Notes under the pieces: model-generated | Database searches by the model: none | The model's input: the letters and a program-made list of their open reading frames with translations, nothing else | What the model was told of the DNA's origin: nothing | Made by a program: the position numbers and the translations under genes | In this document: piece by piece, positions 12,193-26,300 of the stretch | Layout: every line of letters starts with the position of its first letter | Numbering within the stretch: the first letter of the stretch is position 1 | NCBI GenBank assembly: GCA_051294375.1 | Contig: CM119265.1 | Span: 13,694,124 to 13,758,123, forward strand | DNA: 64,000 bases | Reading direction: 5' to 3' | Source of the DNA: Paraspadella gotoi | Lineage: Eukaryota; Animalia; Chaetognatha

Positions 12193-13269
12193 TACCTTAG
12201 CATTTAAATTTCATCGGCTATAGTCTTTTTGTATCGTGTTTTCTGCATTGGTTTTTTTGTTTTTATTCAAGATTCATTTCTGTTACCATTAGTCGCCAAA
12301 AATCCATAAAAATGTTAGATGGTATAAATTACCATGGATTTTATCTTCGAAAGCAACTTATCAGTAGTTTTGCATTGGCCTCGAGGGAAGTGAACTTTGC
12401 CGGGAGCTTGCTTTTAAAATTAACATTGTAGTGATAACTTATAAATATTTATAAATTAACGTACTATAATATGCATGCGTAATTCATCATATATGAGTTT
12501 ATATTTGTGCCATAATTTGAATAGTGCTTGTCGGAGAAAAAATAATTGCTTTTCGAATTCTTGCATGACTAAAAAGTACAGAAAATTATAATAGGAAGAC
12601 GACACTGCAGCTTGATTCTGAGGACTGCCAAAACTGCTTTTTTTCCTATTTGTAAACTCATTCATTTTAAATTAAAATTATTTTACTTGTTTTCTTTCAA
12701 TATTATGTTCCCGGAATGCTTTATCTATAATTTACAGTGGAACTAGTTTAATTTTTTTTTGCGAGCAACATGTTAAGCCTACTTTAATTATGGTTTTGCT
12801 ATTCACTTTTTCAGAAACCCAATCAGGTCGATTCCATATCACTATTAGAACTAAGCTTCGATTATTCAATTGCTTTTTCCAAATATTGCACAAATCTAAA
12901 AGCCATATTTTAGATATATTTTAAATTTGAATGATATATAAATGTTCGCTAATAAAGTTTATTGTAAAAACAATGAAGTCGCTGTGTAATCAATACTAAA
13001 AATACTATTAATATTTGTTACTGATATGGACATTATTCAAGCTTTGACGCTGTAAATGTGTGATATCCATGTATTGAATTGTTTTAAACAGGACAGGATT
13101 TTGTCGTTTGTGATGGTGAATTGTTTTACTTTGATAGGAATGATCAAAATTTAGAGGATAGATACTATAACTGTAACATTAGGTCATATAGATACAAAGA
13201 AGAATTATTCTGAATTTAATATTTTTTTCTCCCATCGATCTCAAAATAGTGGCTATTTTGCAAGTACGT

Positions 13270-15300
13270 ATTAGTATCAAGTATCGATGTTCTCCCCACG
13301 ATTTGTCTCCCGATTCGAAGCTCCCTCTGTGGCCTCTCTGGCTCAACTCTATAGACCCATCTTGATCAAAGGGCGGCAGCAGTAGCCTCGCCGGGAACTT
13401 CGCTGTCGAGGAGGAAGAGCAAGGAAAACAGAGATAGACAGAACTTAATGATAAGAATTATGATGGCCGATGAACGGAAACCTTACAAGATTCGTCAGAG
13501 CTCCCATCGAGAGCCTCTGCTACTTCCGGTGTCGTGACGTCAATTTCTTTTCGTCGAGCGAGTTTTATCCGAGTTTGTCTCCTGAGGTGGAAACTTGTTC
13601 ATGTCGGTCTACTTTGATTTTTCGTGCTCAATCAGTAAATGCCAACTCCTGGCCGACTCTGTATGTGTTGAACGGGCGCCGCCGTGGGAAGATGATGGCG
13701 GCGTCGTCGTGTATTGCGACATGGAAGAGCGTCTTCTGTTTCTCTTCTCTATCAGCCTTCAGCGGTACCGCTTCGAGTTTGTTTTGAATCGTACTTTGTG
13801 ACGCCGTCACGTGTTTTCACACGCTCTGGAGCATCCAAGCTGATTCATCAGTGAAATAAAATTTTTGGATGCCCCTAAATGTGTACGCATAAAGACGAAA
13901 TAATAAAACAATGGAACATTATGTATTGGATTTTAGCTTCATTGCATAATTAACTTGGAATTGAATACAACGAACCGCAATGTTTTTACTCTCGCAACTG
14001 CCCAACCAAATCTTGATACTCGAATGATTCCCGTGACAGTTCATGAATGACCCACTTATAAATGAAATCATTATTATTATTTACATTTAGTAAGAAAGAT
14101 CTGATTGTTTTAAATTGATTGGCTGTGAGGCTTTGGGTCATTTGTATACTGACAAACTGGGAATATCAGATGAATGAAACGCGTTAGTCTCACCCTAAAA
14201 TTTTTCACACATCTATGTGTTACTACTCATTTTGCGTCGATACTTCGGAACTCGTGATTCGGCCACGCTCTCTCTCTGGATATAGCTTCATTTCCAATGA
14301 CAACCTGACTGAACAACTATCATGGGGGCCCATCAGACAAAAACTTCTGTTTCAACTGATAAACTCGCTGCAATCGGCAAAACAAGAAAAAAAGGAGGAA
14401 AAGATCCTACCCCACCAACTGTTTTCACGGAAAATGCCGGTGAGTTTGCCAAATGATTCTTCCACTAAGCTGTCACACAGGATTTATATTTTAATAACAT
14501 AATAGAGACGGTTTTTTTACATTTTTTCAAAAGCAAGGTTTTTCAATTTTGATGTGTTATTATTGTGAAGACAATGTTTTAATTTTGAGAGGATAGATGT
14601 GTCTCCAATCGAGAAGAACATTTTGAAAATTTTTCGTTTTACTTTCAGAATTTATATTTGTAGGAAAATTTATGTTATGGAAGGCGCAGAAATAAACCGA
14701 CGCGATTAACAAATTGAACATCTAAGATTATAAAGAATGCTTAAGTTACAAACGCCACCATAATGCCAATGGTGCTTGTGCTGATCCCGAAGACGACTAT
14801 TCCAAGTATTCATGAAAGATACAGATCATATATAAGGGAAAGACAATTTCGAGCATGTAAATAATATTCTATTCTATATTCTATAATATTCTATATGATC
14901 TAGGTGCCGGACGTTTTTCGGAAGACCGAGGGAACCCGGAAGTTTTTTTTTTCTAATCTTTGGTCAGGCTTTTTTTCATGAGTCTGTGAAACATGTTGAA
15001 AGAATGTCGTCGAAGCCGACGAAGGGCTTGTTTGACAATTCCCGTTGCTCGACTGGCAGAGAATTTACTTTACATTAATTTCGCTAATTAAATAATTCGA
15101 CGGGGGATTGATGACGCGTCCTACCGCGGCTCTTGGTTTAACTTTAAGTACGCTATCCAAGTTTCCCGCACATTCGATTTTTTTTATTTTGGATTTTTGA
15201 CATCCACATCTTTTTCGGCGTTGAACTTGAAATTGGGAGAGATAACCGCAGTCAGATAGGTACCCTGTACGCCTAATCACCAACAGGCTGTATGACTCAT
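13270..15300 (-). pseudogene. Candidate spliced minus-strand transcript with no intact ORF (decayed gene or lncRNA)
   Basis: GC-richer blocks with canonical minus-strand introns: 13486->13403 (GTAAGG...pyrimidine tract...CAG, 84 nt), 14410->14368 (GTAGG...TTGCAG, 43 nt), and a GTGAG donor at 14193. All three frames of the larger exons contain stops. Confidence 0.4.
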
Positions 15301-18300
15301 TGAATCTTTTACTGATTCAATTACTGTTATTAGTGTTATTACATTGGACAGACAGCTGAGCGCATTATCGGCTTTGGGTGAAAAACAGAGATAGAAATGT
15401 TTTACTTGATGTCTTTGAAACGTTTGTTTGTAGTTTCGCGACGCCGATGCCTACATTAAGGAATTCTGAAAACTCACGTATCGTATTGTTTGTAAACGTT
15501 ATTTTAATTTCTGTCTCCATTCCTAACGGGGTCATGTATTTTTAGTTTCGCTATAAGTATATAACTCTATAAGTCATTAAAATTATTTTTAAAATTTACT
15601 ATTTTATATTATTATTACTACAAATATAATATATTTTACTATTCTGTTCCCGAGACAATATGAACAAAATATTTTTTGTACTAATTAATCATACTATCTC
15701 GCACCTAAATATCCTTGTTCGATCATTCAAATAAATCTTTTGTTCTTGAATGCTTCACTCTAGTGTATAAGTCATAAAAATACGGGCAAAGAAAGTTTTT
15801 TAGTCATGTCATGTAATATATGATCAAAGGAAAATACACGTAAAAATAAAGTCACTGCGGCGCAACACATTAGAATTACTGTTCTTGTTTTTTAAGTTCA
15901 AACGACCCTGAAACCTGACCGGTTTGTTTTTTTACCTCAAAGGCACAAGCGTGTTGTTTGTCAATGGATTTGGCTGGAGAATGGTCTGGTTTCTTATGGA
16001 AGATAATCACGATTTTGAGTTGCATTATAAGCCATTATATGCTATGTGAAATTGGTACATTGGTACAACCAATATAAAAATTAGCTTATTTATTAAATAA
16101 ATGGAGATCTTGACTTTGATGGGTTAATATATAATAAGTTAATATACAAAATTTTTTCTTTATCAAGTACGCTTAAATTTTGAAAAATTGAACAAAATTG
16201 TTAGGATGTTTTATATAAGTATATATGTTATTCGAAGCACCCTTACCTAATGGCATTAGGCTCTGGAAATTTTTTTAATTCTATTTTTTGTGCTACATTG
16301 ATTCAATCATTGTGGAGACATCCCTCAACCTCTCTATTCTGTAGACATGGTTCTTTTCCCATCCAAACAGAGCGACACAACTCTCTCTCGAATTTGCATT
16401 TAATCGTCCCGCGACATTTCCAATGGTTGACGACAGCCGTTTTAATCACAATGATAGGTTGACGAGGAACTATGGGTTTGACGAGAGTCGTTTTAATCGC
16501 AATGATTATCGGACCGAAGTCGGGGGTTAGTGGTGTTTGGTTTGTGGGCCTTTGGAAAGGTGGACGTCAGGGCGATGATGGGGCGTGAGTGTTGCGACGG
16601 GGGGCGTGGAGGTGATGGAGACGAGGCTTCTGTTTGAACCCCGGGGATTCTCGATGGGGGAGAGTGGGGACCCTTGGTCTACACCGCATCGGCATTGTCC
16701 ATCCGCGCATAAATCGCATTTTTTTATGACGGCACTAAAACAAGATCGCGCAACTGACTTTGAGTCTTATATCGCCGGAGAGTTTTTTTCCTTAGAACTC
16801 GAGAAAGGCGAGTGGGGGGTGGGGGGTGGAGATTTTAACGAGGAATCTATGAAACGTGGGGAATAAGGGGTAGAAAAAGAAGGAAGAAAAATTGACGAAT
16901 TAATCGCGAGCTGTTGAGGGCTGATATTTTGAAGGCATTTAAACGGAAACGATTTGCTCATGAGGGAGATTCTCAAACGAGTTTTTCAATTTAACTCCTT
17001 AGTTTTATGAGACAAATGACATCTTTATTTCTTGAACTCTTAACGTTTTAATGTACTTGTGACAACCGCTCATTCGTCAGGTCGCAATGCTCGAGAACTA
17101 ACGCATGCCTGGATAGCGTCGTATTCCCCAGATTCTTTCGTCTCGACATATCTATGCCATCTTGAAATAGGTGGCATATATTAACATTGGACATATCAAC
17201 CTCAACAATTCAAATGTTTTTATTTTACTATTATTATAACAATTGTTTTGTCTATTCTAGTCCAAAACCTTATGCTTTGTAACTAATGTCGTTTACGTCT
17301 TTACAATAGATCGTCTAGTAACTCAATGACAGTCACAAGTCTTTGTGCGGGTAAGTCTTTGTACGAATAAGAGCCCAACTATACTAGGATGAAATCGATT
17401 TGATTCTTATTGAGAGGAGAAAAAGATAGTAAGGAAATAACGAAAGAAAAGAGCGAACCAAGACGACAATAAAATGTCTCATAATGTTGTTATGGGACGC
17501 GTCGGTTTTGGATATCGCAAACGCCGACAAAACGCTGACGCCTTATAGATATATAGGTATAGATAAAAGGCGACAAAAGCAAGAAAAAATTTTACCCGGA
17601 CAAAATATTAAAGCATACGTAATACTTATAGAGTGGAGGTCTCGAAAATAAAAAAATTGAGTGACTGAACAAGGATAATTGGACGCTAAAATTTAGCCTT
17701 CATTTTGGGAGGGGGAGGTCAGTGTTGTCTTCTGGAAATAGATGGACAGATTGTAGTCTAACCTTGTGTTGTATAGATGCTCCAAGTTTTCTAATACATC
17801 ATTCCTGTTAGAAAGTCATTAAAAAAAATTTTAATATCTAAGAGGCTGAACAGAAAGGGGTGGGAATGGATAATTTTTTGAGGGGAGACCAAAGTTAAAT
17901 ATGGTTTTTTTTACAAATAGGGATAAGACTACCATGTAGAATCGTATGTTCTGATAGGGATACATACTATTTGTGGAACAGAAACATAAAATACAAAATA
18001 TTAAGTCATTAAAACATTATATAACATAATTCTTTTTGTTTTTATTTTGTTCTAAAAATTCATTTTGAAATTTTATGATTTTATAAGGATATTACTACAG
18101 AGAAAATAGAATTTGCTATATTGTTATGCTAAAAAAATTTAAAGTATTTAAATTTTTTAAATTATATATACAAAGGCAGCAAAAAATGTTCAATCGCTCA
18201 ATCTTTTCATCGCTCCACATTAATACGTAAGTTTAAGCCTTGAGGTTGGGGAGAAAAAGATTTTGGCAAACGGTCAATGCTAGCATAAAAAATCACTCAA

Positions 18301-18558
18301 AATAAAAACATAAAGACAAACTAATCAATCGACAAAACGAAAGAAATTTTCTGCAGAGGCGATCTTTACCTCTCAAAGCTTTAGAATTTTTAAGCAAATT
18401 GATGGAAATGAATGAACCACATAAAGTGTTTTATTGTCAGAAATTTGTTATTAAAATATTATTAAAATTATAAATTGGTTAGTGAAATTATTAGTCGGAC
18501 TAACTTGAACCATCCCATCAAATCGGGAAATGAGGGAAACGTTTGTTTGGGACGTGAT

Positions 18559-18560
<2 letters not shown>

Positions 18561-18639
<79 letters not shown>
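18561..18639. repeat. (CT)n microsatellite; similar GA/CT tracts at ~23330-23390, 27075-27210, 36390-36450, 46083-46128, 50443-50505, 53830-53900, 54757-54832, 56411-56520, 56975-57040
   Basis: Read directly from the sequence. Confidence 0.97.
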
Positions 18640-18641
<2 letters not shown>

Positions 18642-21600
18642 CGCCACAAAACGATCGTAAAGTTGCTCCTTCTCCGATATCCAAGCCTGGATCGTCAGGG
18701 GAAAGCCTACGATTCTATCGAGCGCTGGCCCCGTTGTATTCTAGTTTCCAAATGCATTTTTCTTCACTCACCTTTTTTCACTTCCTACTATTTTCTCTCT
18801 TAACTAAATATCAGTTTTTTTATTTCGAAAAAAAGTTTTCACACCTTCCTTTTGCATTTTGTTATTTTTGTTAACTCAGTCATTTTAGCTTTACTTTAAA
18901 TGAACCCTGTTTCAAATAATTATAATAACTGATAAAAAGTACTTATTTGACTTTGTAAATTAGTAATAGAAAATCCAATAACATGTTCAGGATTTCATAT
19001 CATCTAATTTTTTAAAAACTTTTTTGTCGACCTATCAATTCAAAATTCATTTAGCTTCTATACATTTAATCATTTTCTTTTTTACTATTTTTCCATGACT
19101 TTTTCCCGTCCCTTTACTACTTGAAAGGCATTGAAAGGCTCGCCAGTTGCAAAGCATCTCTCTCCTATTTTTCCAATAGACTAGGTGTTGTTAACATGCT
19201 TCCGTTGAATTAACTTTTGATGGCCCACGATCAAAATCTTTGATTTTCAATTAATTGGATCACTACTACTATACAAATTCTAAATTGACGGAGATTCACC
19301 GTGAAACTAGAAGATGCTCCTCATTCCTCATCCCACCTTCTGCTTTATTATGATAACTAGATTCTATAAAAAGAATTTTTTACGACGGGGAAAGGCGAAT
19401 TCTAGATGTATGACCCGAGCGACCGCGGGACGGGGGATATGACGATGAGGAAAACGACAATGACCGATCTACCCTGATCCCAAGGCGATTAAGCTCATTT
19501 TTACGATAATTTCCTTTCGATATACACAATAATGACCGGAGAATGATATTTTCTAATTCAAGTTAAGAAAAACGTATTTCAATTTTAGCATTTTTTTAGG
19601 GCAACTCGTGCTTCCCAAATTGTTTTTAAAAGAATAATTATTATTTAATTCACTTTCTGCGCTTCAGATTATCATTGTGAGAATGTATAAAATACTTCAT
19701 TACTTAGGCATTTCCATCTGGAATGATGTTATTTGACAAAAATATTTGGAATGGGGCAACTTCTCAGAAAAACAAACTTTTTATGCCTTTAGTTTCCATC
19801 TCTATAACATTCGTCCAAAGTCAATTATTTCGACTGCTCTATGTAAATTATAGTTTTCTCAAACTACCCTCAACTCAACTTTCATGTCTTTAAAACAAAG
19901 TCCTCATCTTTGAAATATTTCAACTATTGAGATAAAAACGCATATATCTCTGTGAAGTTTCCTTCTTATATTTTTAATTACGATAGGCTCGCCTCGCATA
20001 CCTACCCGCAATTATCGCTATCATAATTATCATTTAATCCCTAATCCTAAGCTCTTTTTGATTTTCCTCATACCCCCTCAACTCTCCCTTATACCCTGCC
20101 ACCATTACCCCCGAAGTTCTGTCATTTGGAAAGTTTATTCTAGCTTTGGTCTTTGGGGAGCCATACGGGGTTGAAAGTGTCCTAAATCTGGGCCCTCATG
20201 ATGATTGCAGCCAAAATCGCTGGGAATCATAACTCGAGCTTACGGGATAATGACGACGATAAGTTTTAAAAAGAGTTGAAGTAAGTCTAAAGTTATACTT
20301 GGCAGTTATAGCGTATACGGTATTCAAAATACTATTCTTATTATGTAAGATTATTATCAATATCATTAGGGCGTTTCGACATTTGGTTATCATAGCCCTT
20401 TTCTCCATTCTTTAGATTTTTTAAGTTAAGGATTTAATAACGCCTGAATTATTACGTCGAATACTAATCAAAACAGCTATCCGACAACAAAAATACAAAT
20501 ACTAGTCCAAAAAATGTATTTTACGTTCGAATCGACAATTGAAGATTCTTCGTCGTCGTTTCTACGAATACGGAACAGACATCCTGACATCTGGGTTGGC
20601 CTGGCGGGATAAGGCGAAAATCTGGTGAGAGCTTAAATCAAAACACTGAAAAATAGCAAACTGATATTAAGCCGAAAAAAATTACGCTAGAATCAAAATT
20701 ATAATTTTTGTATATATATGGTCAAAGTCATGGAAAATAAAACTTATTTGTCTATGAGTTCTCATACAATTCAACTTTTTTGTCATTTTACATTTTATAT
20801 ACACACACCGATAACTTTTTAAACAATCTGTGGCAAAATTTATCTTCTCTGGTTTTTCTAATCATTTAATCTTCTTAAACATTTCAAGAAACGTAATTTA
20901 ATAATACAAGATGGATCGATTTTCTTGATCTTTCGTAATAAAGTAGCTTATACCAGGACTCTCCCGATATCATAAGTGCTTGATTGCGTGCGTCATGCAC
21001 TACTTTCCCGCGAACCAAAAAAGAACCGGTTTTATACCAACTCCACTTATCTTATTCCGGTCGAAAAGAAAGAAAGAAACCGAAGTCGTAAGAACGAATT
21101 AAAGGAAAATGTAGAAAAGAACGGAAGCAAAAAAAATTAAACGGTACGGAAGAAAAGAAAGAAAAAAAGACTAAAAAATAAAGATAAAAACCAAAAAGAA
21201 AGAAGAAAGAAAGAAAGAACTAACCAACCAACCAATCAACCAATCAACTCGTTTAATAAAACTTTATATTTAAATTATTTCAGTAATTTTGTTTAGTTTG
21301 CTGCTTTATTTTAGGATGACAAAATCTGTCGAAAAAATAATTGGCTTTTTCATGATAATCATGTAGTGAAAGGATTTTCGTTTCGTTGCGTTTTTAAATT
21401 GAAAGAGAAAACAAAGTTTGTTTTTGTTTACTAACAACGAAGTTTATTTCTTTAAATGGACATGTTTCGACACTTTTTCTTTTTCTTCTTCATCAGCGCA
21501 ATGTGAATTTAAAAATTTTTGCCAAACATTATGATAAAGGGAGAGAGAGAGAGGGGGGGGAAGAAAGCGTCCAACAAAGAATTGAGTAAAGGATAGTGTT

Positions 21601-23321
21601 GAGGGTGAGGACAGCTGAAGTTAAGGACAGGAGAGACAGAGAGAGAGAGTGAAGAGAAACTAAGTAAGGTCATTTGAGGGTAAGTAGGGAGCAATGTTTG
21701 GAGAAAGCAATACATTTAGGCAATGTACAACAATAGTGAATGGAAAAGCTAAAATAACGAAATCAAATTTAAAATTAAGTATAAATTGTAAACAAAAACA
21801 AACTTTTTCTCTCTCAATTAATAATCATAATAATAATCATAATTTGTTCGTCGTCCCTAAGCTGCTTTCCCGTTAAAAGAATCCCGTTAATCATTTTTCA
21901 AGGCCCAGTTACACACTTTAAGGCGTTCGACGTCTCACATTAACGAATTTTTATCCGCCTGTTACGAATATTTTTTCGGGTCGAGCCCGGAGTTTCCGTT
22001 TTACAGTCTCGACCTTCGGGGTTTCTCGCTTTCGTCGAAATTCCGCTGCTCTGAAGCCAGATATCATAGAATATAATAAGTGCGTGAAAATATAGACGCT
22101 CGAGGAATCAGCACGAACTGTTGTGATGTACGTGATGTTGTGTGGACTAATTACTGATTATGATTATGGCGTTTCTAAATTTAAGTATTTTAATTTTTTT
22201 TAAGCTGATGATCCCGACCTTTCAAGAGAAGATAGTCCTTCCCACCGAGCGGTTTCAACCTCTGTCGGCCCTCGCCTTTCGTTTTCCATGCCTTCTTCAA
22301 TCACTTTTTATCCTCCTAATTCCATCCCATCCCGATCGCCTTCCTCTCTTCGCCGAATCCCTCTCGGTGATTGATTGACGCGATTATGACTCCGTGCACA
22401 ATGGTCTTTGTCTTCGACCACTTTATCCAAATACGAAGCCTAAACTTTTCTTTTTCTTCGCGAATTTTTCTCTCATCGAGAAAGGTTTTCCTCCCACTAA
22501 CCTCTTTCTCGGTTTCCCATTCACCCTGCTTCATCTTTTTTTTTTTTTCTTTCTCCCCTCCAATCCCCATATTTTGTTACTCCAATACTCGGTTATATTT
22601 TAACTTTATGCAGTCTAAATAGTTGTCAGTATCCTACGTTGTCTTCCCTTTTTATTTTGCTTTTAAAATAAATAAATAATAAATTTAAGGCTTTTTGAAG
22701 AGCAAATTCCGATTTTACTGAATGTAAATTCGCATTCTTTTCCCATATCAGTGAAAACAATAGCGATATCACCATTTGTGTCTCGATGCAGATGGAGAGA
22801 CCATATGTTAGGACAAAAACAGAGACAGAAAGACAGAAAGAAAGGATTAGAAGCTAGCATTGACCAAGGGGTAGGGCTGGGATTATCGTCAGCCCAGGTG
22901 GAATGCGATCGAAAAAAAGCCTGATTCGATTTTGTTTTAAATGTTTCCATTCAAAATGACAATCACTAATAGCATTAGGGTAATTATAGCATAATCAAAC
23001 TCCCAATTTTCCTTTTTCTATTCAGAATACTCCGCGACAAAAATAAAGCCTGTATTCTAAAAAAAAGCCTTGGTAAAATATTTACCATTAAAACTGTTAT
23101 CGATTCTTTTCTTTTAGTCGGAGAGGCAACAAAGCCGTGGACTGATAGGTTATTGATTAGAAGGACCTAATAAGCGCGAGTCGGAGTTATTTTTAATGAA
23201 ACGGTTAATCGGTGATTTCTGACATTCTTAATAACCAACTAACCGCCATTGCGATTTTCCACGCAGAAATCATAACGATTCCTGCGAAAAGTTTATAAAA
23301 ATAGGCTTTTTGCCCTCTTCT

Positions 23322-23387
<66 letters not shown>

Positions 23388-26300
23388 TTCTTTCTTCCCC
23401 ACTGATTCCCCATAACTCACCGTCTAAGCTTTCACTCATCTTATGTGAAATCTCCAAGTCCAAGAGAGAAATACATTCCAATTTAATTATGAATCTTAAT
23501 AACGTAGAAAGAGAACGAGAGAGAGAGAGAGAGGGCCCTATTCGTTTTCGTTTTCAATTAAAATTTCCTCCGCTCCGAAGCTTCGTTTTAAATCAAGAAA
23601 TGGCGAATGCTATTTTTCGCATTTTTTTCCAATTTTCAGCTTAATTTTCTTTCCCTTTTATTTTCGAAGTTCTACTTCTATTCAATTTTCTGCTCCTAAT
23701 GTTATTCTGTTTACCTTTTACTTAAACATATAATTTAATTATTCAAGATTACGTCTGCGTAAAATGGTACATAAAATCCTGGATTTGAAATTTTTCTCTT
23801 TTTTCTCACCGTTTGTTTTAAAACCTTTTTTTTTTACCCTAATCGGTTAAATGATATAAGAAAACTATTTTTAGGTAAGATATAAAGGTTCCTATATATT
23901 CACCGCCGAAGCCGCGACTAAAAATGTTCTTTATAATTGAAGCCAAATTAAAAAATGAAAAATTGGTAGGACGGGCGATTATTTTTGGGTATCCCCCGGT
24001 CGAGAAGGAGAAGAATAAATTGCTTTTTGTTTTGAGACGGAGGACAGAGGGAGAGAGCAAGCGTTTTTCTTTGAGAGAGAATGATTTATTTACCACATTT
24101 GGAGTTTTCTTTGAAAACTACCCTCGCGTGATTCTGACTTCATATTGCGACGAGCTCACGTCGATTTTTGAACTTTTGTCCCACTTTGTCTTGATTGAAT
24201 TGATAGAATTTAGATTAAGGCCCATAACACTAGTCAAATGTAAACTGAATATAAGATTTTTATCATCTAGAAATTAATTGACACATAATTTAACTTTTAT
24301 GCAAAGTAGTGAATGACCTTTTTTGAAATATTAAGTCTTTAATAATTTACTTTTAAAATTGTTACTTATTCAACTTTAAATATCAATAATCGTACTTTGG
24401 TTTAACATATCCTTTATTGGCATTGAAAATTTTTGGGAAAAAGGTCAATTCGATTTCGCATGAATGTTTCGAAGAACACCTAGCCTGACCCTTTTTTGGC
24501 CATTTTGGCCTTACGCCCAAAGGCCTGTTTTCTATCGAGTTTGTAAATATTCCGCATGCTACGTTACTAGAAATAAAAACAAAACAAACAGCGAAGCAAA
24601 CAAGATTGTGGGAGTTCCTTGCCTTTTATTGAGGGTGGACTGATATTTATGTTTAAACACATCGATGCGTTCTTCGCTAGTTTTGGGGCTCTGCATTCTC
24701 AATTTACAGAATGAAGAGCTTTGTAACAAGACCTTTACTTCTGGTCGGTTACAATGGTGTTTTTTTTCTTTTTTTAACGCCCGACTCGACCTTTTCACAC
24801 TTTTGAGCAAAAACAATGAGGCCTTGAACTCCTGACCAGTACGCAGAGTATTCCTTTCTAAAGATATTGACGCTATTGAAAAGGGGGGGGGAGAGCGAAC
24901 AAACACTTTCAAAGCACATCCGTATCTTTATTTCTTATTTATCCTAGATAATTTTTATTTTGTTATTTTCTCATGGGTACACTAGCTAGACCTAAAAAAT
25001 TAAAATGTTCGTAATTATGTGTTTTATGAATGTGATTTGTGTTTGTCCATTTGCTTTACGATTTGAGCCAGTTCGGATGATTTCTTGGGAATTTTTTCTA
25101 TTTTTAAAATCCGTCGTAGCCGCCCATTTATTTCATTGGTTTCCGAAATAATTCGGGTTGTAGATTCAACGCCTCTCCCACGGATTGACGGAGAGGAAAT
25201 TGGAAAAATAAGATTGGGGTTCAATACAATTCGAGGTTTTTTTTTATTACCCCGAACGAAATTTCTTTATATTTTTTTTTGTATTTCTTCTCCGACGACA
25301 TCGATCGATCCGAGAGGATTACCATTGTCCCCGTCCTCACCCGAGCGGCCCCCAAACAATGGGGATAGAATGTTTATTGTGCATATCGGCCAACTTCCTG
25401 GGTAATTCGTCTTGTCCTTACAATGCTTTCTGCACGGATGGTGAACTAAGGGCGATGACGTTTTTCGAGGGTCCGGCGAGGTTGTTTGACAGTTGGATGG
25501 TGACGGTTCAAGCTGTTGTAGGTTCTAGAAGTTATGACAAAAAAAATTTTTCAACTCATATCTATGGTATTTAATTTTAACTTTATGCGACTTTAGGATT
25601 TTTTCCGGTTCTAAGGAAGAATCTTAAAGAGACTGAATGATAGCGATAGTGACTACCTTGTCATTAAGGGATTTCCTCGCCGAAGAGGGAGTGGGGCCTG
25701 CGGTATTGGGGGTTAAGGACCCCCTGAGGTGAACTCATCAGATCGCTTCGTTTTTTCTTCGGCTTCTTTGTGTAAAAAGGCTTCTCTCGTCTAGTCGCCT
25801 AGTCGACGTCGTTTTAAAGTCTCTAATGCTCTGTACAGAAACCTAATCATTGAAAATTGTTAAGTATAAATTAAAAATGACAAACGTTTAACGGCGTTAT
25901 ATTTTCGTTCTTCGTTCTCGTCCACGAGAGAACGAGGTTTCCTTTGGAAACCAACCGTGTCGGTTCGAGATTAAATGAACCGGTGTGTAGCGTTAAAGAA
26001 TCTCTCTAGATCCCAAACTCTTTCTGACTCCGAACTGACCATATGCGTCGGTCATCGAATCTCGAGGGTGAGGTTTTTTCTCCTCTTCCTCATCCTCCTC
26101 CTTTTGAGATCGTCTTCGATCTCCGTGAATCGAGTCCAAGTCATTTCTCGCATAAGCAGCGAAGACAGAAGACACCGAAAGAAAGGAAAAAAAAACCGAG
26201 ATAGAGAAAAGAAAGAAAGAAAATATTTTACGCCTAGAAAAAATAATAAAAAAGTCGTCCGCCCCGTCTCATTTTTAAATAACAACAACCTCCAAAAGAG

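Noticed and set aside
13628-13875. PARP-like or TGA-recoded reading of the minus-strand frame (IQNKL...KTLFH...GQELAF)
   Set aside because: Resemblance is faint with no H-Y-E motif; TAA and TAG stops also occur, and PHLDB uses TGA as a normal stop.
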